DNA of 18,501 nt from a bacterium (lineage in GTDB: Bacteria; Acidobacteriota; Blastocatellia; HR10), in the NCBI GenBank assembly GCA_041640655.1, contig JBEPZV010000043.1, forward strand, positions 1 through 18,501, in the 5' to 3' direction. Made by a program: the position numbers and the translations under genes. The first letter of the stretch is position 1; each line of letters begins with the position of its first letter. The notes beneath the pieces are model-generated. The model searched no databases. It had not been told where the DNA came from and saw nothing but the letters and a program-made list of their open reading frames with translations. Shown piece after piece: positions 1 to 8,074 of this stretch.

Positions 1-1032
1 CATGGGGCCGTGGTCGTCGCGCGCTGTCTCGAATCGGCGGGGGCCGATTGGTTCGGCGTCGCGACGGTGGAGGAGGGAGCGGCTTTGCGCGAGGCGGGCA
101 TCGCCCGACCGATCTTGTGCTTCGGTGTCGCGCCAGGGCAAGCGGATCTTGTGCTGGAATACGGGCTGACGCCGGTCGTCTTCGAGCTCACCCTTCTGGA
201 GCAACTGGAGGCTCGGGCGCGCGCGGCGCAGACGGTCCTTGCTGTCCATTTGGAGGTGGACACGGGCATGGGGCGCGTCGGTGTGCCGTTGCGGGAATTG
301 ACCGATGTCCTTCGCGCGCTCGGGCGGTTCTCCCACGTGCGTTTGGACGGGCTCATGACGCATCTGGCGGCCGCCGATGATCCGGCTCAAGCGGAATTCA
401 CGCGGGAGCAGATCGCGCGCTTTCGCCAGGCGCTGCAGATGGTCGAGGCCCTGGGATTTCATCCGCGGTATCGACATCTGGCCAATAGCGCGGGTGTGCG
501 CGCGTACCCGGAAGCGTGGGGGAACATGGTGCGTCCAGGAGGGTTGCTCTACGGGCTCTGGAGCGGTCCGCGCGCGTCGGCCCATCCGGAGATCGCGCTG
601 GAGACTCCGGCGGGAAGGCGCGCCCTGCGACCCGTCCTCTCGCTCCACACGCGTATCGTCTTCCTCAAGGAGGTGGACGCGGGGACGCCGCTCGGATACG
701 GAAGCGCCTTCATCACGTCGCGCCCCAGCCGCATCGCGACGTTGCCCATCGGGTATCATGACGGCTATCGGCGGGCGCTCTCCAACTGCGGGCGCGTCCT
801 CGTGCGCGGACGATTCGCTCCGGTCGTCGGACGCGTGAGCATGGATTGGACGCTCGTGGATGTGACCGACATCCCCGAGGCGCGCGTGGGGGATGAGGTG
901 ATCCTGATCGGACGTGCCGACGGACGGCAGATCACGGCCGAGGAGCTGGCCGAATGGTGCGGGACGATCTCTTACGAGATCACTTCTGGCATCAGCGCGC
1001 GCGTCCCCCGCGTGATCGTTCCCGCTGCATGA
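1..1032 (+). CDS. alr: Alanine racemase (5'-truncated by window edge)
   Basis: Frame is open from base 1 (HGAVVVAR, tail of the AYGHG motif). Motifs: FGVATVEEG, VHLEVDTGMGRVG, GLMTHLAAAD, HLANSAG, MVRPG, PIGYHDG, VGRVSMD, GTISYEI. Confidence 0.97.
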   Translation, partial: HGAVVVARCLESAGADWFGVATVEEGAALREAGIARPILCFGVAPGQADLVLEYGLTPVVFELTLLEQLEARARAAQTVLAVHLEVDTGMGRVGVPLRELTDVLRALGRFSHVRLDGLMTHLAAADDPAQAEFTREQIARFRQALQMVEALGFHPRYRHLANSAGVRAYPEAWGNMVRPGGLLYGLWSGPRASAHPEIALETPAGRRALRPVLSLHTRIVFLKEVDAGTPLGYGSAFITSRPSRIATLPIGYHDGYRRALSNCGRVLVRGRFAPVVGRVSMDWTLVDVTDIPEARVGDEVILIGRADGRQITAEELAEWCGTISYEITSGISARVPRVIVPAA

Positions 1033-1064
1033 TCTGACCGAGAGCGTTCGGGAGGAGGTCAGAC

Positions 1065-1712
1065 GTGAGATCCGCGCGCGGACATCTCTGGATGGAGATC
1101 CTCCTCGGACTGCTCCCCGTCGTGATCATCATGTGGGTGACGCCGCTGCTCATCGAAGATCGCACGACGCTGCTGCGGGCGAATTTTTATCTCTCGCTTT
1201 TGGCGTTCTCCGTCGCCTTCCTGTCGAACGTCACGCATGGCGATGGGCTGCGGGAGATCGGCCTGCGCGTGGATAATCTCGGGCGCGCGCTCCGATTGCT
1301 CGCTCTTCCAACGGGAGCTGCGGCCCTGGCGATCCTCGCCCTGGGTCTCGCTTTCGGGAGCCTGAATCTCGGCGATCGGTTTCTCTTCCATCTGAAGACG
1401 TTGCCCGTGTGGGCGCTCGTGCAGCAGTATGCGCTTCAGGGGTTCATTCATCGGCGATTGCAGGATCTGTGGGGGATGGGGCGGCGGACCGTGTTCGGCG
1501 TCGCGACGCTCTTCGCCGTCCTGCATCTGCCGAACCCGGTGCTCGTCGTGGGGACGTTTCTCGGCGGGTACGTCTGGGCATGGGTCTTCCAACGGGAGCC
1601 GAACCTCTTCGCGTTGGCGGCCTCGCACACGCTCTTGAGCGCCGTGCTCGCGAATTCTCTGCCGGCATCCCTCTTGCCGAACATGAAGGTCGGCTGGGGA
1701 TATTGGGGGTGA
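1065..1712 (+). CDS. CPBP (CAAX/Abi) family intramembrane protein, divergent QQ variant
   Basis: SD GGAGGAGGT at 1051-1059 before GTG. Multiple hydrophobic helices. Family-like motifs ALVQQYALQGF (EExxxR position), LFAVLHLPN and ASH. Confidence 0.8.
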   Translation: MRSARGHLWMEILLGLLPVVIIMWVTPLLIEDRTTLLRANFYLSLLAFSVAFLSNVTHGDGLREIGLRVDNLGRALRLLALPTGAAALAILALGLAFGSLNLGDRFLFHLKTLPVWALVQQYALQGFIHRRLQDLWGMGRRTVFGVATLFAVLHLPNPVLVVGTFLGGYVWAWVFQREPNLFALAASHTLLSAVLANSLPASLLPNMKVGWGYWG

Positions 1713-1714
1713 AC

Positions 1715-2539
1715 ATGATGTGGCCATTTCGTCGTCGCCGAAAGAAGAACCGCGTCGCCGTCGTCTCCATTGAGGGGATCATCACGGACACGAGCTTCGG
1801 GGCCTCGCGGGAGCACATCCTGCAGGCTCTGGAGCGCGTCGAGGAGATGAAGGCGCGCGCTCTGGTCGTGCGCATCAACAGTCCCGGGGGGACCGTGGGC
1901 GCCTGTCAGGAGATTCACCAGGCGATCCGCCGCCTGCGTCAAAACCGGAGGATCCCGGTCGTCGCCTCTCTCGGCGATGTCGCCGCATCGGGAGGGCTCT
2001 ACGTCGCCGTCGCGTGCCAGAAGATCGTCGCCAATCCGGGGACGATCACCGGCTCGATCGGCGTCGTGTTGAAGGCCAACAACCTGCGCGGCCTCTATCA
2101 GAAGCTCGGCGTCGAATCCGAGGTCATCAAATCCGGCCCGTACAAGGATGTGCTTTCGACCTTTCGTCCGTTGACCGAGGAGGAGCGGGCCCTGCTTCAA
2201 GAGGTCATTGACGACACCTATGCGCAGTTCGTGGATGCGGTCGCCGACGGACGCGGATTGTCTTCGGAATCCGTGCGAACGGTCGCCGATGGGCGCATCT
2301 TCACCGGGCAGCAGGCGAAGGCGTACGGCTTGGTGGATGAGCTGGGGAACGTGCAGCGCGCCGTTGAGCTGGCGGCGGAGATGGCGGGGATCGTCGGCAA
2401 GCCCGTCGTCGTCGAGGCGATGCCCAAGAAGAAGAGGGGGCTATTGGCGCGGCTCTTCACCCGATGGCGAACCTTTCCAGAGGATGCCCTTCTCCCGAGC
2501 GCGTTGCGCGGCCTTCCGCTCTGGCTCATGCCGATATAA
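1715..2539 (+). CDS. sppA: Signal peptide peptidase SppA, short (36K-type) S49 peptidase
   Basis: Motifs RINSPGGTV, DVAASGGLY (catalytic Ser), ANPGTITGSIGV, KSGPYKD and DGRIFTG. Start re-assigned to ATG 1715 (or 1718), just after the upstream stop; the ORF track's 1409 start overlaps the previous gene. Confidence 0.93.
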   Translation: MMWPFRRRRKKNRVAVVSIEGIITDTSFGASREHILQALERVEEMKARALVVRINSPGGTVGACQEIHQAIRRLRQNRRIPVVASLGDVAASGGLYVAVACQKIVANPGTITGSIGVVLKANNLRGLYQKLGVESEVIKSGPYKDVLSTFRPLTEEERALLQEVIDDTYAQFVDAVADGRGLSSESVRTVADGRIFTGQQAKAYGLVDELGNVQRAVELAAEMAGIVGKPVVVEAMPKKKRGLLARLFTRWRTFPEDALLPSALRGLPLWLMPI

Positions 2540-2546
2540 GCGGCGC

Positions 2547-3065
2547 TCACGGCGCAGCGCGTTGAATGCGCGCGACATTACTCTGGGCGGCGGAGAGGAG
2601 GAATTCCGCGTCTGCGAGATCACGCCGCTGCAGGGCGAGGCGCGCGCGAGAGAGATCCCACGCCAATTGCACGCTCGCCTGTCGGATCTCCGCAAGCCGC
2701 GCCCGCAGATCGCTCAGCTCCAGCTCCAGGGCCGAGCGCAGCGGATCAGGCCACCTCTCTTCCCGCGCGGATCGGGCGTGAAGCTCTCCCGAGGGCGAGG
2801 CGCTCATCGTCAGCATGAGCTGAAGGATCCACCGATCGAGTCGGTCGAGCTCCTCCTCGGAGAGTTTCGCCAGGCCGCAGGCTTCGACATCCTCTTGGCT
2901 CATGAGGCCGAGCACCAGCCGCGAGCCTGTCGTCGTCGAGGTTCCCGGCGCTGCCGGACGGCTCCTCTCCGATTCCATCTTTCGTCCCGATTGTCCGAGC
3001 GCGCGTTCGAACATCATCCCTCCGAAGAGGAGGGGGAGGAGCATCAGCGGGAGAATCTTGATCAT
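2547..3065 (-). CDS. Exported hypothetical protein with C-terminal coiled coil
   Basis: ATG 3065 overlaps the nusB stop (ATGA) with SD GAGGAGG. Signal-peptide-like N-terminus MIKILPLMLLPLLFGG. Helical segment MSQEDVEACGLAKLSEEELDRLDRWI. Heptad-like C-terminus. Confidence 0.7.
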   Translation of the reverse strand: MIKILPLMLLPLLFGGMMFERALGQSGRKMESERSRPAAPGTSTTTGSRLVLGLMSQEDVEACGLAKLSEEELDRLDRWILQLMLTMSASPSGELHARSAREERWPDPLRSALELELSDLRARLAEIRQASVQLAWDLSRARLALQRRDLADAEFLLSAAQSNVARIQRAAP

Positions 3066-3565
3066 GGTTCCTCCTCGTCCCACTGCCAGGATGAAGCGCC
3101 CGTGGTTTTGAGGGAAGAAGCGGAGGGACTCGGCATCGAGCTGGAGGGCGATTCCGCCTCCAGTTGCTTCCGGATCGCATCGAGCAGTCCGTTGATGAAT
3201 TGCGTCGCTTCGTAAGTCGAGTACCGACGGGCGATCTCAATGGCTTCGTTGATGATGACGACCTTCGGCGTCTCCGTCTCGTAAAGTAACTCGTACACGG
3301 CGAGCCGCAAGATATTCCGATCCACGGTCGCCATGCGCTCCACGCGCCAGTGTTCGGCGCGGCTGGCCAGCAGCCGATCTATGGTCTCCAGATGCGCGAT
3401 CGTCCCCACCACCAGGGACGTCGCGAAGCGTCGCACGTCCTCATCCACATTGGGGCGCAGCTCGCTCCAGTAGGTCTCCAGAAGCTCATCAATCGGCGGA
3501 CGGGCGACGTCGTATTGATAGAGCATCTGCATGGCGGATTCCCGCGCTTTGCGTCTGGACCCCAT
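3062..3565 (-). CDS. nusB: Transcription antitermination factor NusB
   Basis: RRKARESAMQMLYQ, VDRNILRLAVYEL, VIINEAIEIARRY, FINGLLD. Canonical position downstream of ribH. Confidence 0.96.
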   Translation of the reverse strand: MGSRRKARESAMQMLYQYDVARPPIDELLETYWSELRPNVDEDVRRFATSLVVGTIAHLETIDRLLASRAEHWRVERMATVDRNILRLAVYELLYETETPKVVIINEAIEIARRYSTYEATQFINGLLDAIRKQLEAESPSSSMPSPSASSLKTTGASSWQWDEEEP

Positions 3566-3613
3566 AGATCGTCCGCGCTGTCAAACAGCGTCCCGGCAGG
3601 TCTCGCCAAGAGG

Positions 3614-4081
3614 TCAGAGTTCTCGATAAAGATTCGCCAGTTCGACGGCCGTCATGGCGGCTTCGAATCCCTTGTTCCCACTTTTCGCGCCGGCGCGATC
3701 CATGGCCTGTTCGAGCGTATCGGCCGTGATCACGCCGAAGACGATGGGCACGCCAGTCTCCAGGGCGACCGTCGCGATGCCCTTGGCGGCTTCGGCGGCG
3801 ACGTACTCGAAATGCGGCGTCTCGCCGCGAATGATCGTCCCCAGACAGATGATCGCATCCCACCGACCGCTGGTGGCGAGCCGCTTGGCCATCAGCGGCA
3901 GCTCGAACGAACCCGGCACCTTGTAGACGACGACATTCTTCTCCTCGGCTCCCAATCGCTCCAGGGCGTCGAGCGCTCCCGCGAGCAGCCGGTTCGTCAC
4001 GAAGTCGTTGAAACGGCTCACGACGAGGGCGAATCGAAGACCTTCAGCTCGCAGCGCGCCTTGCACGATGCGCGGTTCCAT
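3614..4081 (-). CDS. ribH: 6,7-dimethyl-8-ribityllumazine synthase
   Basis: [56 protein letters not shown]. Start ATG 4081 with SD GAGAGGAG. Confidence 0.97.
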   Translation of the reverse strand: MEPRIVQGALRAEGLRFALVVSRFNDFVTNRLLAGALDALERLGAEEKNVVVYKVPGSFELPLMAKRLATSGRWDAIICLGTIIRGETPHFEYVAAEAAKGIATVALETGVPIVFGVITADTLEQAMDRAGAKSGNKGFEAAMTAVELANLYREL

Positions 4082-4107
4082 AGCTCGCTCCTCTCGATCC
4101 GAGTCGA

Positions 4108-4136
4108 ATTGTAGTCGCGCCTGGGGAAAGGTGCAA
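4108..4136 (-). promoter_or_regulatory. Sigma70-type promoter for ribH-nusB
   Basis: Minus strand reads TTGCAC-N17-TACAAT, about 27 nt upstream of the ribH ATG. Confidence 0.7.
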
Positions 4137-4198
4137 GGAGCAGGACTTCCGCACATCTTCGCGGCCTGGGGGCAGGAGGTGCTGCGAGGCGAAAGATC

Positions 4199-4234
4199 GA
4201 GCGCGAGGATCACACGATGGGGATCCTCGCGCTC
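4199..4234 (-). terminator. Strong hairpin downstream of the cytochrome gene (probable terminator or stabiliser)
   Basis: Perfect 13-bp stem GAGCGCGAGGATC/GATCCTCGCGCTC, 18 nt past the stop at 4253. Only a weak U-tract follows (GATCTTTC). Confidence 0.55.
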
Positions 4235-4252
4235 ACCAGCTCCAGGAGAGCT

Positions 4253-4768
4253 TCACGGGACCAGACGCGAGAAGACGTAGTCGTTGTCCTTCTGCGCGGC
4301 GTGGCAGTCGAAGCACGCGGACTTCACGTCGGCATTCTTGATGAGCGGTCGGCGCGTTTGCGGATCGAAGGCTTGAAAGCCCCATCCGCCAGTCTCCGGG
4401 AAGCGTCGCCGGTCTTTGACCATGATGGCCTCGACCTTCTTCTTCCCGGCCACATACGCCCCCTGCTCGTTCACGTGCTCGTAGAGCACGAAGACGAGCT
4501 GGCTGCCATCCGGGAAGGGGCCGCCAGTCTCGCTCGCTCGTCGTCCGATGGCGTTCACATAGATGTGGTGAATGCCGCCGAAAGAGGCGAAGAGCGGATG
4601 CTTCTCGTCGAAGATCACCATGCTCTTCACATGGGTCCAGTTTCGATAATTCGGCAGAGTCAGGCTCTCCACGTCGCCGCGGGCTGCCGTTCGCCGCTGA
4701 CCCTGAACGGCGAGGGCGACGCTGGCCACGATCGCGAACAGGAAAACGAATCTCCCAATACGCATCAT
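4253..4768 (-). CDS. Cytochrome P460-family periplasmic c-type cytochrome, probably cytochrome c'-beta type
   Basis: Signal peptide; P460-fold motifs YRNW, HHIYVN, FPDGSQLV and MVKD...TGGWGF; C-terminal heme motif CFDCH followed by DYVFS. SD TAAGGAGG at 4778-4785. Confidence 0.88.
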   Translation of the reverse strand: MMRIGRFVFLFAIVASVALAVQGQRRTAARGDVESLTLPNYRNWTHVKSMVIFDEKHPLFASFGGIHHIYVNAIGRRASETGGPFPDGSQLVFVLYEHVNEQGAYVAGKKKVEAIMVKDRRRFPETGGWGFQAFDPQTRRPLIKNADVKSACFDCHAAQKDNDYVFSRLVP

Positions 4769-4870
4769 CTCGCACGTCCTCCTTATCGAGATCTCGGGCC
4801 CGCCGTGAGCCCGTTTGTCGTCACTTCAAGATGTGCTAGGATAGATGTCGCTCGTCAGCTCGTCAATCGG

Positions 4871-4903
4871 GCACTTTTCGGTGCATTGGTTACGGGAAGG
4901 TGA
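4871..4903. promoter_or_regulatory. Candidate tandem operator in the divergent intergenic region
   Basis: GCAC-N6-GTGC (4871-4884) and imperfect TTAC-N6-GTGA (4890-4903), starts 19 bp apart, directly upstream of the regulator ATG. Confidence 0.45.
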
Positions 4904-4907
4904 GGTC

Positions 4908-5513
4908 ATGAGGTCATTCGAGTCATGGGGAGGGGAATCGGCCTGGAGCGCGTTGCGCTGTAAGTGGACGGTGCTCGTGGTGCGCCGATTGGCGGAGGGG
5001 ATTGTTCGGCCGGGGCAGTTGAAGCGCGCGATTCCCGGACTTTCGACGAAGGTGCTCTATGAGCGATTGCACGCGCTGCAACGCGGCGGATTTGTGAGCG
5101 CGGCGGTCTTCAAGGGGTATCCCCGACGTGCGGAGTATCATCTGACGGATCGGGGGTGGCAGCTCTTTCGTCTCATCTCCGCATGTCAGCAGCAGGGAGT
5201 CTCGCTGCTCGCTCTGACCGAGGTGCTCAAGTGTCGTTGGCTTCGGGATATTCTGAGGATCCTACGAGAAGGGCCACAACGCCCCAGCTCCCTTCAGAGG
5301 CGGCTCAACGGGATCAGCAATAAGGTGTTGGCTGAGAAGCTGGGGAAGTTAGAACAGTTGGGCTTGATCGTGCGCGAAGTCAGCGCGACGCGTCCGGTGG
5401 CCGTTTGGTATCGGCTGCGCGAGGAGGGCGCGCGCTTGAACGCGATCTTGGCGGAGCCTGCGCCATGGCTGGCGCGCGCCGCTGCGGGGAGCTCACCCGG
5501 TTCCCGCATGTGA
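4908..5513 (+). CDS. Tandem double HxlR-family winged-helix transcriptional regulator
   Basis: Two HxlR units: LRCKWTVLVV...IPGLSTKVLYERL...YPRRAEYHLTDRG and LKCRWLRDIL...LNGISNKVLAEKL...RPVAVWYRLREEG. Start ATG 4908 after GGAAGGTGAGG. Confidence 0.88.
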   Translation: MRSFESWGGESAWSALRCKWTVLVVRRLAEGIVRPGQLKRAIPGLSTKVLYERLHALQRGGFVSAAVFKGYPRRAEYHLTDRGWQLFRLISACQQQGVSLLALTEVLKCRWLRDILRILREGPQRPSSLQRRLNGISNKVLAEKLGKLEQLGLIVREVSATRPVAVWYRLREEGARLNAILAEPAPWLARAAAGSSPGSRM

Positions 5514-5532
5514 CTCCGCCGATCGCGCGCGT

Positions 5533-5556
5533 CCTCGCGGGCACCTGCGGGGTTTT
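5533..5556 (+). terminator. Intrinsic terminator after the HxlR gene
   Basis: Stem CCTCGCGG/CTGCGGGG (with G-U pairs), GCAC loop, then TTTT. Confidence 0.6.
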
Positions 5557-5667
5557 CCTCAGGATCGGTTTCCTCCATGCTCGGGGAGCACACCCATCGA
5601 AAATAAGAATTTGCCCAACGTCGGGATTCGTGGTATTGGTCGGCGTCTGACGCGGGGCGAGGTGAAC

Positions 5668-7041
5668 ATGCGCACGTGGCCGATCATGGGATTGATGGCG
5701 CTCTGTGGCGCATTCGTCTTGGGGTGGGCGCAGAGTCCTTCACCTGAAGCGCCATCGGCGGGGGACGTCGAGGCGCTCAAGCGTCGCATCGAAGAATTGG
5801 AGGCGCAGAATCGCGCGATCCTTCGTCGGCTCGAGGAGCTGGAGGCCCAGTTGCAGCGCGAGCGCGAAGCGCCGCGGGCGACGACCGCTGCGACTTCGCC
5901 GCCCTCGCGCGAGCCGGAGCCCGTGCGATGGCGCGATCTGGTGAGTGGAGAGAGCCGCCTTCGATTCTCTGGCTTCTTGCGCCTGGATCTTGTGGCCGAC
6001 GACTCGCGACCGGATAACCCCCAGAGCATCTTCTTCATCCTCTCGGAGGATCCGCGCGTGGGGCGTCCGAATGCGCGCATGTTCACGCTCTATCCACGAC
6101 TGACGCGATTCGGGATCGCCTATACTGGCCCGGCGGTCGAAGCGTTGGGCGAGGCGCGGCTGAGCGGACAACTGGAAGTAGATTTTCAGAACGGCGGGAG
6201 GGAGTCGCGTCCGATCATCCGCATCCGGCATGCGAATCTGAAGGTGATGCGTGGGAACTTCTGGCTTCTCGGCGGACAGACGTGGGACGTCATCTCCCCG
6301 CTGTTTCCGACGGTGAATGGAGACACGCTTATGTGGAATGCGGGGAACATTGGGGATCGGCGTCCGCAGCTCATCGCCGCGTATGAGCCTTCGGGTGAGC
6401 ATGAGCGATTCTCGATCGCGGGGGGGATCGGCCTGACCGGCGCCGTGGATGCGCTCGATCTGGATGGCAATGGTTTTCGAGATGGGGAGGAATCGGCGCG
6501 TCCGAATGTTCAAGTGCGTCTCGGATACGCGCGCGCCTCATGGGTGAAAGGGCAGTGGGCGAGCTTCGGCGTGTGGGGACATCGCGGGTGGTTGCGCACG
6601 ATGCGTTCCGTCGCTGGGCGCACCTCATGGGGAAGTCAATCGCTCGGGTTCGATGGCGTGCTCCCGCTTCATGAACGCGTGGTCCTTCGGGGAGAGGCGT
6701 GGGTGGGGCGCAATTTGAGCGATATGCGCGGGGGGATCGGGCAGGGGGTGAACGCAACGACCGGCGCGGCCATTCGGAGTCGCGGGGGATGGGTGGAAAT
6801 GAGCGTGCGCGTGCACCCGCACCTCACGATCCATCCCGGGTTCTCGACCGATGATCCGCGCGACGAGGACATCCCCGAGGGCGGACGCACGCGCAATCGC
6901 GCGTGGTGGATCGCCCATCGCTTCCCCGTGGGGGGAGGATTTCTGATCGGCGCTGAGTATCTGCGCTGGATCACCGATTACAGGGGACTGCGACGGGGTA
7001 CGGATAATCGGTTCAACCTCTTCCTGCAGTACAGCTTTTGA
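5668..7041 (+). CDS. Outer-membrane beta-barrel, DcaP-like porin with N-terminal coiled coil
   Basis: SD GAGGTGA and a signal peptide. Coiled coil (VEALKRRIEELEAQN...). RFSGFLRLD, TRFG, EVDF, RIRHA, LLGGQTW and RRPQL resemble DcaP-type barrels. C-terminal beta-signal FLQYSF. Confidence 0.8.
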   Translation: MRTWPIMGLMALCGAFVLGWAQSPSPEAPSAGDVEALKRRIEELEAQNRAILRRLEELEAQLQREREAPRATTAATSPPSREPEPVRWRDLVSGESRLRFSGFLRLDLVADDSRPDNPQSIFFILSEDPRVGRPNARMFTLYPRLTRFGIAYTGPAVEALGEARLSGQLEVDFQNGGRESRPIIRIRHANLKVMRGNFWLLGGQTWDVISPLFPTVNGDTLMWNAGNIGDRRPQLIAAYEPSGEHERFSIAGGIGLTGAVDALDLDGNGFRDGEESARPNVQVRLGYARASWVKGQWASFGVWGHRGWLRTMRSVAGRTSWGSQSLGFDGVLPLHERVVLRGEAWVGRNLSDMRGGIGQGVNATTGAAIRSRGGWVEMSVRVHPHLTIHPGFSTDDPRDEDIPEGGRTRNRAWWIAHRFPVGGGFLIGAEYLRWITDYRGLRRGTDNRFNLFLQYSF

Positions 7042-7056
7042 TGGGGAGGAGCACCC

Positions 7057-8040
7057 ATGCAGCGAAAGGTCATCGGAGTTGCCGCGATCACTGTGTGGCT
7101 GTTGCCCTTGGGCAGCGCGGCCCAGAATGTGCGCACGCGCACGTTCGAATTCACGTATGTGGCGGAGGTGCGGGACATCCCGTCCGGCACCCGCACGGTC
7201 TCGATCTGGCTCCCGTATCCGCCCAGCGATGAGAACCAGCAAATCAGCGATGTGCGGATTCACGCTCCGGCGCCCTGGCGCCTGACGCGCGATCCCGAAT
7301 ATGGGAACCAGATCCTCTACATCCGGGTAGAGGCTCCCACCGATCCACTCCTGCGCGTGGAGGTGCGGTTCCGCGTCCAGCGTCGGGAATACATTCGTCG
7401 GCCCGGAGCGGTGCGGACCGCGAGCCTCGTCGAGGACTCCGATCCGCTCCTGACCCGCTGGCTGCAGCCCGATCGGCTGGTCCCTATTGACGGATGGGTG
7501 CGCGAGCGCGCGCTGGAGGTGACGCGCGACGCTCGCACGGATTTGGAGAAAGCGCGAGCCATTTACGAGTGGACGGTCTCTAATATCCGGTACGATAAGA
7601 GCGGGACCGGGTGGGGACGCGGAGACATCTACTACGCGTGCCATGTGAAGCGGGGGAACTGCACAGACTTTCACGCGGCTTTCATCGGCTTCGCGCGCGC
7701 CGTGGGCATCCCGGCGCGATTCGAGATCGGATTCCCGCTGCCCCCCGAGCGCGGTCAGGGGGAGATCAGCGGGTATCACTGCTGGGCGCAGTTCTACCTG
7801 AAGGGCCACGGCTGGGTGCCCGTGGATGCCTCCGAGGCGGGCAAAACTCCCGCCTTGCGCGACTACTTCTTCGGGGCCCATGATGAGAACCGCGTCCTCT
7901 TCACGATCGGGCGCGATATTCGGCTGGAGCCGCCGCAGCAGGGCGAGCCGTTGAACTATTTCATCTATCCCTACGTCGAGGTGGACGGCCGACCCTTCCC
8001 GAACGTGGAGAAGAGGTTCTATTTTCGAGACCTCCCCTGA
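7057..8040 (+). CDS. Exported transglutaminase-like (Cys-His-Asp) domain protein
   Basis: SD GGGGAGGAG; signal peptide ending AAQ; triad motifs GNCTDFH, ARAVGIPAR, YHCWAQF and WVPVDAS. Confidence 0.9.
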   Translation: MQRKVIGVAAITVWLLPLGSAAQNVRTRTFEFTYVAEVRDIPSGTRTVSIWLPYPPSDENQQISDVRIHAPAPWRLTRDPEYGNQILYIRVEAPTDPLLRVEVRFRVQRREYIRRPGAVRTASLVEDSDPLLTRWLQPDRLVPIDGWVRERALEVTRDARTDLEKARAIYEWTVSNIRYDKSGTGWGRGDIYYACHVKRGNCTDFHAAFIGFARAVGIPARFEIGFPLPPERGQGEISGYHCWAQFYLKGHGWVPVDASEAGKTPALRDYFFGAHDENRVLFTIGRDIRLEPPQQGEPLNYFIYPYVEVDGRPFPNVEKRFYFRDLP

Positions 8041-8074
8041 GCGGGCGCGCGCCTCGGAGGCGAGATCCCGCTCA
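8038..8074. terminator. Hairpin between convergent genes (possible bidirectional terminator)
   Basis: Outer stem TGAGCGGG/CCCGCTCA includes both stop codons. Inner stem CGCCT-CGG-AGGCG. No U-tracts. Confidence 0.4.

Noticed and set aside
2208..3215. 335-aa plus-strand ORF
   Set aside because: Overlaps sppA out of frame and is antisense to nusB and its neighbour; no recognisable features.
4082..4252. FMN riboswitch upstream of ribH
   Set aside because: No RFN consensus (AGGGCGGGGTGAAATTCCC-like). A promoter sits only about 27 nt from the start codon.
4253..4768. Hydroxylamine-oxidising cytochrome P460 implying nitrification
   Set aside because: The cross-link Lys appears replaced by Phe, and no amo/hao genes are in the window.
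4902..4927. Short tandem GAGGTCAT-GAGGTCAT-TC-GAGTCAT repeat at the regulator start
   Set aside because: Too short to distinguish from chance; it overlaps the SD and first codons.
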